Assembly: GCA_024654025.1 (NCBI GenBank)
Contig: JANLIR010000002.1
Location: forward strand, 168,959-232,958
Origin: Candidatus Wolfebacteria bacterium
GTDB lineage: Bacteria > Patescibacteriota > Minisyncoccia > UBA6257 > UBA9933
DNA: 64,000 bases
Reading direction: 5' to 3'
Below are positions 54,872 to 64,000 of this stretch, piece after piece. Below the pieces are notes generated by a model. The model saw nothing but the letters and a program-made list of their open reading frames with translations. It was not told the origin of the DNA and ran no database searches. The first letter of the stretch is position 1; every line of letters begins with the position of its first letter. Made by a program: the position numbers and the translations under genes.

Positions 54872-54949
54872 AAATTTACAAAAGGTGCGGGGTGAACCGT
54901 ATGCGGTTGCCAGTTTCACTACCTGCCTTTTTGTTGTTTGCTGGTGGCG

Positions 54950-55876
54950 CTATCTAAATAAGTTTTTTGGGTTAAAAAACTGAATATGTTTCTCCGGATA
55001 TCTTAAAAATTCAAATTTTTTTGGGTTTTTTATAAAAGCTTGATACAACGGCGTTTTGAAAATCTTTTTTGGCTTAACGATTTTAAAGTTAATCTGGTTT
55101 TTATAATTAGGATTTTTTTCTAATAGGAACGATGCTGATTTATGCGGATTTAACTGATTTATACGGATATTTTTCTTAATTTTTTTGTTATTGGTTATAA
55201 GTTGTCGGTTATTAGTTATATAGTAGGCGGCTCCGCGGTGTTTTTTAAAAAAACTATAATCCGATTTAAAATTTGTCGCCTGGATATTGGATAATACCAG
55301 CGGCTCGCTCCCAATATTTATGCTGACATGGCCGAATCCCGGAGGCACAATAACCTTTTCTCCTGTCCCGGCTTTTATTAAATAAATTCTAGCGTTTTTT
55401 CCAAAATGACCTACAGAATGATTTATTTGAGGACTTATTTCTTGAAAAAGAAAAAGCGCTTTTCCTTTTATAACTTCGTATATTTCCGGGTAGGTTGTTT
55501 TTGTTTGCGGTTTATTCGGGTGAGCGTGGCCGATTGTTTTTACGAATTCTTCGCCTAAAAATCCAGGATTGATAACGGTTATGTCGTAGGTCGCGTTGTT
55601 CTTTTTAAAAACCAAACCATCCTTTTTTAATTTGACGCTTCGATACATCAAATAAAGGTTTTTTATTTTGGTTTTGCTAGCGGGATCTTTTAAAAACCTT
55701 TTTGCTTCGCCCAAAGTCCTTTTTTGGACGGGCAATGAGGAGGCGTCTTTTGACAATAACAACTTACCATCTTTTATTGATATTGGCAAGCCCCGTAACT
55801 TAAAAACACCGGTCTTTTTATGACGCGCATTTGAGAGCTTAATATTATTTTTGAAATTGAGTTTACTTTTTGCCAT
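54950..55876 (-). CDS. Cupin-type (archaeal-like) glucose-6-phosphate isomerase, tentative
   Basis: 308 aa. Motifs TIGHAHP … EIYEVIKG … PPGFGHVSIN match the cupin PGI signature (TxGHxH / PPGxxHrxxN). Confidence 0.55.
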   Translation of the reverse strand: MAKSKLNFKNNIKLSNARHKKTGVFKLRGLPISIKDGKLLLSKDASSLPVQKRTLGEAKRFLKDPASKTKIKNLYLMYRSVKLKKDGLVFKKNNATYDITVINPGFLGEEFVKTIGHAHPNKPQTKTTYPEIYEVIKGKALFLFQEISPQINHSVGHFGKNARIYLIKAGTGEKVIVPPGFGHVSINIGSEPLVLSNIQATNFKSDYSFFKKHRGAAYYITNNRQLITNNKKIKKNIRINQLNPHKSASFLLEKNPNYKNQINFKIVKPKKIFKTPLYQAFIKNPKKFEFLRYPEKHIQFFNPKNLFR

Positions 55877-56002
55877 ATATAGTAATATTTAAAAAGCAGC
55901 TATGCGCGTTTTGTGTTTTTAAGTTACGGGGCAAGCCGCTCGCCGCGGATAAATTTTCAATTTTTAATTTTACAACTTTCATTGAATTTTTAATTGGGAA
56001 AT

Positions 56003-57661
56003 TTATTTAAACACTCTTTCTGTTTTGACATACCAGTCTTTGATATTTTCTAATCGGCTGCTTGGTAAGGGGAGTATTTTTTCTTCAAATCCGTTTAAGG
56101 ATTTGCTTTGGATATAAATGTAAGGAGGTGAGAAAAGGAAAATAACCGGCTGGTCATTTTTTATCAGCGACTGCGCTTGCAGCATTTTTTCTCTCCGAGC
56201 GTCGGCGTTAAAGTCGGCTCTTATGGAATTAATCAGAAAATCGACGTCTTTATTTTCATAAAGCGACAAATTAAGGCCGGGATGGAATTTTTGGCTTGAA
56301 TGCCAAAAAGAAAATAAATCAGGATTTTTGCCGTAGATGTTTCCGAATAAAATCATTTCGTAGTCTCTTGGCTTTATAATATCGGGGAAAATTTCGTCAC
56401 TCGGCTTTATATCAAGATTTATTTTCACCCCAATTTTTTGCCAATCCTCCTGAATTATTTTCGCGGAGTCGGTTAAAAAGGGGATTTCTGGGGTAGTCAG
56501 CGAAAATTCAAGACGGGCGTTTTTCTCGCTGTTTTGCCTTATGCCGTCGGATGAAACTTGCCATCCACTTGCCTCCAATAAGTTTTTTGCTCTATCGGGC
56601 GAAAACTCGTTTTGTTGTTTGAAAAAATTTTCGCTGTAACCGCTAATTCCCGGCACGAGCGGTCCGATTAAAGGAATAGCCATTCCTTTAAAAACATCTT
56701 TTATGATTCTCTCCCGGTCAGTCGCTAAATCGAGGGCTTTGCGCACGTTTATGTCGCTCAAAATAGGATTAACGCTTTGGTTGAAAAAAATTCCGTAATA
56801 ACGGGGCATGTTTATAGCCTCAATTTTATGGGGAATAGTTATCTTGTCCAAATTGTTGTAGGAAACGGCTCCGAGGCCGCTGATTAAACCGCCGTTAAAA
56901 GCGTTAAGCGCGTCTTTTTCGCTGGTATAAAATTTAAAAGTGAATTTATTTAAATACGGTTTTTGGTTGAAATAAGTTTCATTTCTCACGAGTTCATAAT
57001 CAGTGATAAATCCATCCCGCCGTTTTTTTAAATCGGAAAATTTAAAAGGGCCGCTGCCCACAGGAGCGATTAAATTGTAATCGGAGAGGCGGATATTGGA
57101 AAACGGGATGTCGCCAAAAATGTGTTTGGGTATTGGCCGGAGATTTATTAATGTGTTTTCAAAAAAGACATAAGGCGCGCTTAAAATTAATTTTATTTCT
57201 CTGGAACTGACCCTTTCTGTTTTTACTCCCTGCCAGTCGGGAAATAATGAGGAATTGGCGTCCTGGTCCTGAATGGCTTTGATTGTAAAAATAATGTCGT
57301 CGGAGGTTATGGGACTGCCATCTTGCCAATTAATATCGCCTTTTATTCTTAATTTCCAAACCTTGCCGTTGTTCTCAATGCCTATATCGCCATCTTTTAA
57401 ATCGTTGATACTCGCGAAGGTTAGCTCAATAATATCCGAATCAACCTCGTTTGCGGCAATAACCGGATTTATAAAAACCGGCTGGCCGACCTTGCCTTCG
57501 GTGTATCCGCCGCCCGCCACCGGTCGAAGAACCGTGGCGGCTCTTACGAAATTAGCGCTTAAATAAATTCCCGCGATTACAAAAAGCGCCAATGAGCTAA
57601 AAAAGGCCATGCGTTCTTTTTTTGAAAAAGCGTTTAAGATTTGGCGGATTTTAAAATTCAA
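56003..57661 (-). CDS. ABC transporter substrate-binding protein, family 5 (peptide/nickel type)
   Basis: 552 aa. Signal anchor plus SBP_bac_5-like length and composition. No adjacent permease genes. Confidence 0.65.
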   Translation of the reverse strand: MNFKIRQILNAFSKKERMAFFSSLALFVIAGIYLSANFVRAATVLRPVAGGGYTEGKVGQPVFINPVIAANEVDSDIIELTFASINDLKDGDIGIENNGKVWKLRIKGDINWQDGSPITSDDIIFTIKAIQDQDANSSLFPDWQGVKTERVSSREIKLILSAPYVFFENTLINLRPIPKHIFGDIPFSNIRLSDYNLIAPVGSGPFKFSDLKKRRDGFITDYELVRNETYFNQKPYLNKFTFKFYTSEKDALNAFNGGLISGLGAVSYNNLDKITIPHKIEAINMPRYYGIFFNQSVNPILSDINVRKALDLATDRERIIKDVFKGMAIPLIGPLVPGISGYSENFFKQQNEFSPDRAKNLLEASGWQVSSDGIRQNSEKNARLEFSLTTPEIPFLTDSAKIIQEDWQKIGVKINLDIKPSDEIFPDIIKPRDYEMILFGNIYGKNPDLFSFWHSSQKFHPGLNLSLYENKDVDFLINSIRADFNADARREKMLQAQSLIKNDQPVIFLFSPPYIYIQSKSLNGFEEKILPLPSSRLENIKDWYVKTERVFK

Positions 57662-57664
57662 GGT

Positions 57665-57874
57665 TTAAAATAAGTTGATTAAAGACAAGGCGGCGAAAAT
57701 AACCGTTAAAACTACGGTGGCTATAAAAATTATTTTTTCGAATCCCCGTCGGGTTTGGTAATAAGAGCTTTCGCTTCCCCCAAAAACTCCCGAAAGGCCA
57801 GAAGATCTTTCCTGAAGTAAAATCAAAATAATCAATATTATCGAAATTATTATTTGAGCAATGGAAAACAACAT
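57665..57874 (-). CDS. secG: Preprotein translocase subunit SecG
   Basis: 69 aa. Two TM helices with Gly-rich linker (LLQERSSGLSGVFGGSESSYY). Confidence 0.6.
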   Translation of the reverse strand: MLFSIAQIIISIILIILILLQERSSGLSGVFGGSESSYYQTRRGFEKIIFIATVVLTVIFAALSLINLF

Positions 57875-58014
57875 GATTTAATTACAAATCCTAAATTCTA
57901 AGCACTAAACTCTAAACAAATTCAAATCACCAAAATCCAAAATTCAAAACGTTTAGAATTTAAAACATTTGAATTTTGATATTGTTTAGGATTTAGATAT
58001 TAGGATTTAGAGTT

Positions 58015-58380
58015 TTATTCCTTGTAAAGCCGTTTTGCGGAAAAATGAACTAAAAGATTGATAACGCTTATTAGTATCGTAGCATAAAGAAGCGGCGTTA
58101 GTCCAGATATTGTAATGTCAGTTGAAAAATAGTCAAGGATGTAGAGAGTAAGCGTGTTAACAATAATAATCCCCAATCCAAGAGTTATAAAGATTATCGG
58201 CGTAAAAATCAATTTTAAAATCGGTCTGATAAACATATTTATCAAAGTGAATATCAGTGTCGCGCTGGCAAGTCCATAAAGGCTGGCGCTGATACTGAAT
58301 CCGGAAATAAAATATTTAGCCGCCAAAAGCGCCAACACATTGGAAAAAAAGGAAAATATAAATTTTGAGATAATCCGCAT
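58015..58380 (-). CDS. Small 4-TM membrane protein (phage-holin-4 / YqaE-like, tentative)
   Basis: 121 aa with four TM segments; the architecture resembles the PF04020 family. Confidence 0.35.
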   Translation of the reverse strand: MRIISKFIFSFFSNVLALLAAKYFISGFSISASLYGLASATLIFTLINMFIRPILKLIFTPIIFITLGLGIIIVNTLTLYILDYFSTDITISGLTPLLYATILISVINLLVHFSAKRLYKE

Positions 58381-58508
58381 TTTATTATTTTATCACATTA
58401 TCCCGGGTGTGGAAAAACCATATTTTGAATGGCGGGGGTTTATGCTATAATTATTTAAAGTGAAAAAGGTCGAAATTCTTAGTTAAAATGAATAACGATT
58501 AAATTTTT

Positions 58509-59192
58509 ATGTGGATTCAGAGTTTGACCGAAGCGACTGTGAGCTCGCTCAGAACTTCTTGGGGTCAGGTTTATAATTTTGTGCCGGCTTTAATAGGCGC
58601 GCTTGTGATATTGGTAATTGGCTTAATCGTCGCGGCTGTTTTGGGTTCTCTAGTCGAAAGGCTTTTCAGGTCCATTAAACTCGACGAATTGCTTAGAAAG
58701 CTTGGCCTAGCAACTTATGTAGAAAGAGCCGGCCTTCGAATGGATTCCGGAAAGTTCTTCGGCGAGATTGTTTATTGGTTCTTTGTAATTGTTGTTGTTT
58801 TGGCGATTTCCAATATTTTGGGGCTCCAAGTATTTTCAGCTTTCTTAACTCAGGTCCTTTTGTATTTGCCTAACATCGTTGTCGCTGCTTTGATTATGTT
58901 GGCCACTTTAGCTGTAGCCAAGTTTTTAAAGGCAGCTGTAAAGGCGTCGGCTCTTAGCGCCAGATTTCATGCGGCGAAATTCTTGGGAACCTTTGTTTGG
59001 TGGGTTGTCGCGATTTTCGGTTTTGTCACCGCTTTGTCCCAATTGGGAATAAACATCTTTATTTTCCAGGTTTTGATTTATGGTTTTGTCGCCATGTTTG
59101 CAATTGCCGGCGGCGTTGCTTTTGGCTTGGGAGGCAAAGATTACGCTTCGCACCTTGTCGATAGATTTAAGCAAGAAACAGAAGGAAGATAA
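58509..59192 (+). CDS. Membrane protein with conserved TM-helix repeats (MscS-N-terminal-like)
   Basis: 227 aa with repeated amphipathic TM helices. Hairpin terminator at 59237-59262. Confidence 0.35.
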   Translation: MWIQSLTEATVSSLRTSWGQVYNFVPALIGALVILVIGLIVAAVLGSLVERLFRSIKLDELLRKLGLATYVERAGLRMDSGKFFGEIVYWFFVIVVVLAISNILGLQVFSAFLTQVLLYLPNIVVAALIMLATLAVAKFLKAAVKASALSARFHAAKFLGTFVWWVVAIFGFVTALSQLGINIFIFQVLIYGFVAMFAIAGGVAFGLGGKDYASHLVDRFKQETEGR

Positions 59193-59312
59193 ATATTGGC
59201 GATTAGTGATTAGCCACTAGTAGGGATAAAATAACAAAAGGCGCCTGTTCGGCGCCTTTTTAGTTTGAGGTGAATAATTGAATTTAGTTTCAGTAGTGTT
59301 AAAATAACGAGG

Positions 59313-61427
59313 ATGGCTAATAAAAAAAATAAGAAGAATAAAAAAAACGCAAAATCTTTATCAAACGAGGAGTCGGAAAACGGAGAAAAACAATTTAGGC
59401 TTCACCCGGATACTAAAAAAAGCGTGTTTGCCATAGGTTTTTTGGCATTAGCGCTTATTTTAATTTTAGCGAGATTCGGAAACGCCGGCCCGGTCGGCGA
59501 TTACGCGTATAATTTTTTTAACTGGCTTTTTGGCGTGGGTTATTTTCTTCTGCCGCTCATTTTTATAATAATGGCAGTTGTTTTTTTGACTTCAGAAAGG
59601 AGAAGAATTTTCGGAGTTACTTTTGTTGGCGCTATTGTTTTTGTTTTGTCGAGTTTGGGGCTGATAGATATTTTTTATTCCGATAAAGCCGGAATTTTTG
59701 GCTGGGTAGTCGGCTCTATTGAGTCGTTGTTTGGCCGGGTTGCTTCGATAATTGTTGTTATCGCGATGATAGTCGCGTCATTTTTAATAACTTTGAATTT
59801 GCCTATAAAGATAAGAAGAAAGCCCAAAGAGTCTATTTTAGAATCAGAAGTTAGCTGGCAAGAGGAAAACGGGGAAACTAAACGGCCAGATGAAAAAAGA
59901 GAAGAAGATATTCAAGGGGAAGAAACAGAAGAAATAGAACCGAAAGTGGAAGTAAAAGAAAGGTTTACTTTGCCTTTTTCTAGGCCTGCCAAAATCCAAA
60001 CCAGCCGGGCGCCCGCTAATTACGTTTTCCCGCCCCTGGATTTATTAAAGTCTTCTGTTGAAAAACCAACCCCCGGCGATCTTCGCGCTAACGCAAATAT
60101 TATTAAAAGAACTTTGGACAGCTTTGGCATTCCGGTGGAAATGGGGGAAATAAATGTCGGCCCCAAGGTAACGCGTTACACGTTAAAGCCTGCCGAAGGC
60201 GTGAAGCTTGCCCGGATAACCGCTTTGTCTTCCGATTTGTCTATGGCTTTAGCCGCGCATCCTATAAGAATAGAAGCGCCGATCCCTGGAAAATCATTGG
60301 TTGGCATTGAGGTTCCCAATAAAGCCGCTTCAATTGTCCGATTGGGGAGTTTGATGGCGTATCCGGAGTTTTCCGCAGCCGGGTCTCTGGGTTTCGCGCT
60401 CGGCCGAGACGTCACTGGCGAGCCGATTTTTGCCAGCCTAGAAAAAATGCCTCATATGCTTGTTGCCGGTTCAACCGGAAGCGGCAAAAGCGTTTCCATT
60501 CACTCGCTTTTAATATCCCTTTTATACAAAAATTCTCCTGATAATCTAAAAATGATTTTAATCGACCCCAAACGTGTTGAACTCACGGCTTATTCGGGAA
60601 TTCCGCATTTGATAGCTCCCGTGGTGACCGAATCTAAAAAATCTTTAGGTGTTTTCAAATGGGCGCTCAGAGAAATGGATGGCCGCTATGAAATACTGGA
60701 AAGCGCCGGTTCGCGCGATATTAAAAGTTATAATAAAAAAAATCCAGATAGCCCTCTGCCTTTCATTATTATAGTAATTGACGAGTTAGCCGATTTAATG
60801 AGCACATACGGACGGGAAGTTGAAGGCTCTGTTGTCCGGTTGGCGCAAATGGCGAGAGCCACGGGTATTCATTTAATTCTAGCTACCCAGAGGCCGTCAG
60901 TAGAAGTTATTACCGGACTCATAAAAGCTAATATTACGACTCGAGTCGCTTTGCAAGTTGCCAGCCAAATAGATTCCAGGACGATTTTGGACAGTTCCGG
61001 CGCTGAAAAGCTTTTAGGCGGCGGCGACATGCTTTATATTACCAGCGATCTTTCCAAGCCAAGAAGAATTCAAGGCGCCTATGTTTCCGAGGAAGAAATA
61101 AATAAAGTTACTCAGTTTATAAGAGAAAACAACGGCGATTATGTTTATGAAAACGCGCCTACTTTTGAGAATGGTTTGCCGTCAGGCGCGATGACGGCTG
61201 ATAGTTTATTTGATGGATTTGAAAACGACAACGACGATGAATTGCTTGAGGAAGCGATAGCCGTTGTAACGGAGGCTCAAAAAGCGTCAGCGTCCTTACT
61301 TCAAAGACGTTTGAAAGTAGGTTATGCTAGAGCTGCCCGGCTTTTGGATATAATGGAAGCTAAAGGCATTATCGGCCCGGGCGATGGAGCAAAACCTCGG
61401 GAAGTTTATGTAAAAAGAGAAATTTAA
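59313..61427 (+). CDS. ftsK: DNA translocase FtsK/SpoIIIE
   Basis: 704 aa. N-terminal TM domain, linker, motor domain with Walker A (GSTGSGKS) and a C-terminal gamma wHTH domain. Confidence 0.85.
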   Translation: MANKKNKKNKKNAKSLSNEESENGEKQFRLHPDTKKSVFAIGFLALALILILARFGNAGPVGDYAYNFFNWLFGVGYFLLPLIFIIMAVVFLTSERRRIFGVTFVGAIVFVLSSLGLIDIFYSDKAGIFGWVVGSIESLFGRVASIIVVIAMIVASFLITLNLPIKIRRKPKESILESEVSWQEENGETKRPDEKREEDIQGEETEEIEPKVEVKERFTLPFSRPAKIQTSRAPANYVFPPLDLLKSSVEKPTPGDLRANANIIKRTLDSFGIPVEMGEINVGPKVTRYTLKPAEGVKLARITALSSDLSMALAAHPIRIEAPIPGKSLVGIEVPNKAASIVRLGSLMAYPEFSAAGSLGFALGRDVTGEPIFASLEKMPHMLVAGSTGSGKSVSIHSLLISLLYKNSPDNLKMILIDPKRVELTAYSGIPHLIAPVVTESKKSLGVFKWALREMDGRYEILESAGSRDIKSYNKKNPDSPLPFIIIVIDELADLMSTYGREVEGSVVRLAQMARATGIHLILATQRPSVEVITGLIKANITTRVALQVASQIDSRTILDSSGAEKLLGGGDMLYITSDLSKPRRIQGAYVSEEEINKVTQFIRENNGDYVYENAPTFENGLPSGAMTADSLFDGFENDNDDELLEEAIAVVTEAQKASASLLQRRLKVGYARAARLLDIMEAKGIIGPGDGAKPREVYVKREI

Positions 61428-61438
61428 TTACGTTTGAA

Positions 61439-62092
61439 ATGGAACAAAGCGTTTTTCCTAAAAGTTTTAAAGAGGAAGTTGAGGAAGCCATGGCGTTGAA
61501 AGGTATGAATGTGCTGAAATTGTCAGAAGCCACAAATATTCCAGAACACTATCTTACGGCGCTTGTCAGCCACCAGTCAAAGAATCTTCCGCCGCCGCCT
61601 TATACAAGAGGATATATTTTAAAGATGGCGGAGGTTTTGAATTTGGACGGCGGTTCTTTGTGGCAGTCATATAGCAAAACTTTAATTTCTAAAACCTCCG
61701 GCAGCGAAGATATTTTACCGTTTAATAGATTTGCCTTAAAGCCGGTAAGCAAAGCGAAAATAGCAGTTGGAATAGTGGTGCTATTTGCTATAATTTATTT
61801 TGGGTGGCGAGCGGGCGGATTTTTTGGAACGCCGGCGATAGAAATAACTAATCCGGCAACTGATAATTTTATTATAAAAGATCCGATTATAAATTTAACC
61901 GGGAAAATAAATCCGCAGGACAAGCTGACAATAAACGGCGAAGAAGTAACTACTGACGGAAAGGGATATTTTGAAAAATATTGGGATTTTCATTTTGGTC
62001 CGGATAACATAACCGCGAAATTGGAATTTAAAGTTAAAAGATTATTAGGCAAAGAAGTCGTAGTTGATAGGCAAATAATTTTTCGGCCGTAA
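61439..62092 (+). CDS. RodZ-like HTH-domain membrane protein
   Basis: 217 aa. N-terminal HTH_25-like region (PPPPYTRGYILKMAEVL), single TM helix, C-terminal beta domain. Confidence 0.5.
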   Translation: MEQSVFPKSFKEEVEEAMALKGMNVLKLSEATNIPEHYLTALVSHQSKNLPPPPYTRGYILKMAEVLNLDGGSLWQSYSKTLISKTSGSEDILPFNRFALKPVSKAKIAVGIVVLFAIIYFGWRAGGFFGTPAIEITNPATDNFIIKDPIINLTGKINPQDKLTINGEEVTTDGKGYFEKYWDFHFGPDNITAKLEFKVKRLLGKEVVVDRQIIFRP

Positions 62093-62234
62093 ACCCCGCA
62101 CCTTTTATGGATATATTTTTTTCGAAGCGGCAAAATGGGGTAAAATTTAATCACTTAAAAATAAATATTTGGAAATTTGAATGCTATAATGCTAAGTAAG
62201 CTTCGCAATCCATAAAAGGTGCGGGGTAAATAAT

Positions 62235-63257
62235 ATGACAAAAAAAGAAGACAAAAAAACTGCCGTCAGTTCGAAAGACATAGACGAACTTTTGGAATCT
62301 CTTCAGGGTAAATTTGGCGAAGGGGCGATAATGAAACTCGGAGACGCCAAAAAAGTAAATGTTTCGGTTGTGCCGACAGGCTCGTTTTCGCTGGACTTGG
62401 CTTTGGGCGTAGGCGGTTTTCCCAGAGGAAGAATCGTGGAGATTTTCGGGCCGGAATCATCGGGCAAAACCACGTTGGCTTTGCATGCCGTAGCTGAAGC
62501 GCAGAAAAAAGGAGGCAGAGCGGCTTTTATTGACGCCGAACACGCAATGGATCCTGACTACGCCAAACGTTTGGGAGTAAAAATAAACGACCTTTTAATA
62601 TCACAGCCAGACAGCGGAGAAGAAGCGCTTAATATTTTGGAAAATTTGGTGCGTTCGGGGATTATAGATATTGTCGTTATTGATTCGGTTGCGGCGCTTA
62701 CGCCTAAAGCGGAGATAGAAGGGGAAATGGAACAGCAGTCAATCGGCCTTCAAGCGCGGCTGATGTCCAAAGCGCTTCGAAAAGTCACGGCTTTGGCGCA
62801 CAATACCAACACTTTGATAATTTTTATAAACCAGCTTCGGGAAAAAATCGGAATTATGTTTGGCAATCCCGAAACAACCCCCGGCGGACGGGCTCTAAAA
62901 TTTTACGCTTCGGTTAGAATTGATATCAGGCGTATCGCCCAGATAAAAAAAGGCGATGAAGCTGTGGGAAACCGCGTTACCGCTAAAGTGGTAAAAAATA
63001 AAGTTGCCGCGCCGTTTAAAAAGGCGGAATTTGATATTTTATTCGGCCAAGGGATTTCTTACGAGGGCGATGTTTTGACCGCCGCAATCAAATACAGTGC
63101 GATTACAAAATCCGGAAATACTTATATATTTGACGGAGAAAAATTAGGTGTTGGGTTTGACGCCTCCCGTGAAAAACTCAAAGAAGACAAAAAACTTGTG
63201 GAAGAAATTAAAAAGAAAATTTTAGCATTAATTTCTTCTCAAAACGCCGCCAAATAA
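62235..63257 (+). CDS. recA: Recombinase RecA
   Basis: 340 aa. Walker [11 protein letters not shown]1/L2 loops, [33 protein letters not shown]. Confidence 0.95.
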   Translation: MTKKEDKKTAVSSKDIDELLESLQGKFGEGAIMKLGDAKKVNVSVVPTGSFSLDLALGVGGFPRGRIVEIFGPESSGKTTLALHAVAEAQKKGGRAAFIDAEHAMDPDYAKRLGVKINDLLISQPDSGEEALNILENLVRSGIIDIVVIDSVAALTPKAEIEGEMEQQSIGLQARLMSKALRKVTALAHNTNTLIIFINQLREKIGIMFGNPETTPGGRALKFYASVRIDIRRIAQIKKGDEAVGNRVTAKVVKNKVAAPFKKAEFDILFGQGISYEGDVLTAAIKYSAITKSGNTYIFDGEKLGVGFDASREKLKEDKKLVEEIKKKILALISSQNAAK

Positions 63258-63290
63258 TTTTTAACAACTGTAATTGCGGTTTTGAAATTT

Positions 63291-64000
63291 ATGCGTTTCA
63301 TCGCGGATTTTCATATTCACTCCAAATACTCCCGAGCGACCAGTAAGGATATGATTTTGGAAGAGCTTGACCGCTGGGCTGATGACAAAGGGATTTTGGT
63401 TATGGGAACCGGAGATTTTACGCACCCGGTGTGGATTAATGAAATTAAAACCAAGCTTGAATCTGCGGAGCACGGGCTTTATAAACTTAAAAAAGAACTA
63501 AAACTTCCCACTATAAAAGGAACCTTCAGCGACACGCGTTTTATTTTAACCGCGGAAATTTCCGGAATTTACAGCCGCGGAGGGAAAACAAGAAGGATTC
63601 ATAACATACTTTTTTCTCCAAGCATTGAAGTCGTAGAGAACATCAACAGCGCTCTCTCGGCAATCGGAAATTTAAAATCCGATGGCAGGCCAATTTTGGG
63701 CTTAGACAGTGAAAAGCTGGCGGAAATTGTTTTTGGCATAGATGAAAACGTTGTTATTATTCCGGCGCATGCCTGGACCCCGTGGTTTTCAATATTTGGG
63801 TCAATGTCCGGGTTTGATTCTATAGAAGAATGTTTTGGCAAATACGCGGATAAAATTTTCGCAATTGAAACCGGGCTCTCAAGCGACCCGGCAATGAATT
63901 GGCGGTTGTCCAAGCTCGATAAAATTGCTTTGATTTCCAATTCAGACTCGCATTCTTTGCAAAAAATTGGCAGGGAAGCGAATGTATTAGATACGGAATT
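63291..64000 (+). CDS. PHP-domain metal-dependent phosphoesterase-like protein (5' part; continues beyond the window)
   Basis: Frame is open from ATG 63291 to the window end. MRFIADFHIHSKYSRATS… (DxHxHS PHP signature) …IIPAHAWTPWFSIFG. Confidence 0.55.
   Translation, partial: MRFIADFHIHSKYSRATSKDMILEELDRWADDKGILVMGTGDFTHPVWINEIKTKLESAEHGLYKLKKELKLPTIKGTFSDTRFILTAEISGIYSRGGKTRRIHNILFSPSIEVVENINSALSAIGNLKSDGRPILGLDSEKLAEIVFGIDENVVIIPAHAWTPWFSIFGSMSGFDSIEECFGKYADKIFAIETGLSSDPAMNWRLSKLDKIALISNSDSHSLQKIGREANVLDTE

Noticed and set aside
63261-63473. 70-aa minus-strand ORF after recA
   Set aside because: Antisense to the 5' end of the PHP-domain gene, which has a clear conserved motif.
1-64000. 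CRISPR arrays
   Set aside because: No regularly spaced direct repeats of 25-40 bp found. The only tandem repeats are the short in-frame iscS repeats and the 12-nt duplication in comEC.

Overview
The window is low-GC (roughly 35-40%), gene-dense bacterial DNA with the look of a reduced Candidate Phyla Radiation / Patescibacteria-type genome. It has short intergenic spacers, many overlapping or translationally coupled genes, short EF-Ts, ComEC split into two ORFs, and multiple pilin-like mini-proteins. Most of it is housekeeping: gyrA, rpsO-(NYN)-pnp, rpsT, ruvA, a Mur ligase, ftsH, comEC, rpsB-tsf, rpmG, iscS, clpB, parAB, polX, infC-rpmI-rplT, smpB plus tmRNA, argS, folD, pth, lepB, hisS, rpsU, rpiB, trpS, RNase J, secG, ftsK, rodZ-like and recA. 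Several things are not housekeeping. (1) Two independent cases in which a complete tRNA gene sits inside the anticodon-loop region of a second, homologous tRNA-like gene, with flanking inverted repeats that extend the inner acceptor stem (18340-18568 minus strand, 31580-31760 plus strand). Next to the first case are two homing-endonuclease-like ORFs and dense palindromes. (2) A minus-strand operon (19395-24196) of split PEP-utilising-enzyme parts: one ATP-binding PPDK_N domain, two phospho-histidine swivel domains, two large uncharacterised domains and a histidine-phosphatase-like gene. It has no recognisable PEP/pyruvate-binding domain and resembles a disassembled rifampin-phosphotransferase / PEP-synthase-like phosphotransfer system with an unknown substrate. 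(3) Several small islets at about 48-55% GC, each carrying one or two short hypothetical genes with strong Shine-Dalgarno sites and bracketed by hairpin terminators (5690-7400, 15720-16300, 26180-26640, 41560-41870, 43739-43978). The largest lies between a tandem triplet of T4SS-pilin-like genes and a tRNA-Leu whose 3' end is directly repeated next to a tyrosine recombinase gene. (4) A short repeat motif CCCCGCACC/GGTGCGGGG recurring as inverted repeats, including a perfect 17-bp inverted repeat bracketing the recA promoter region. All calls come from reading the sequence and the ORF translations; no database searches were possible.
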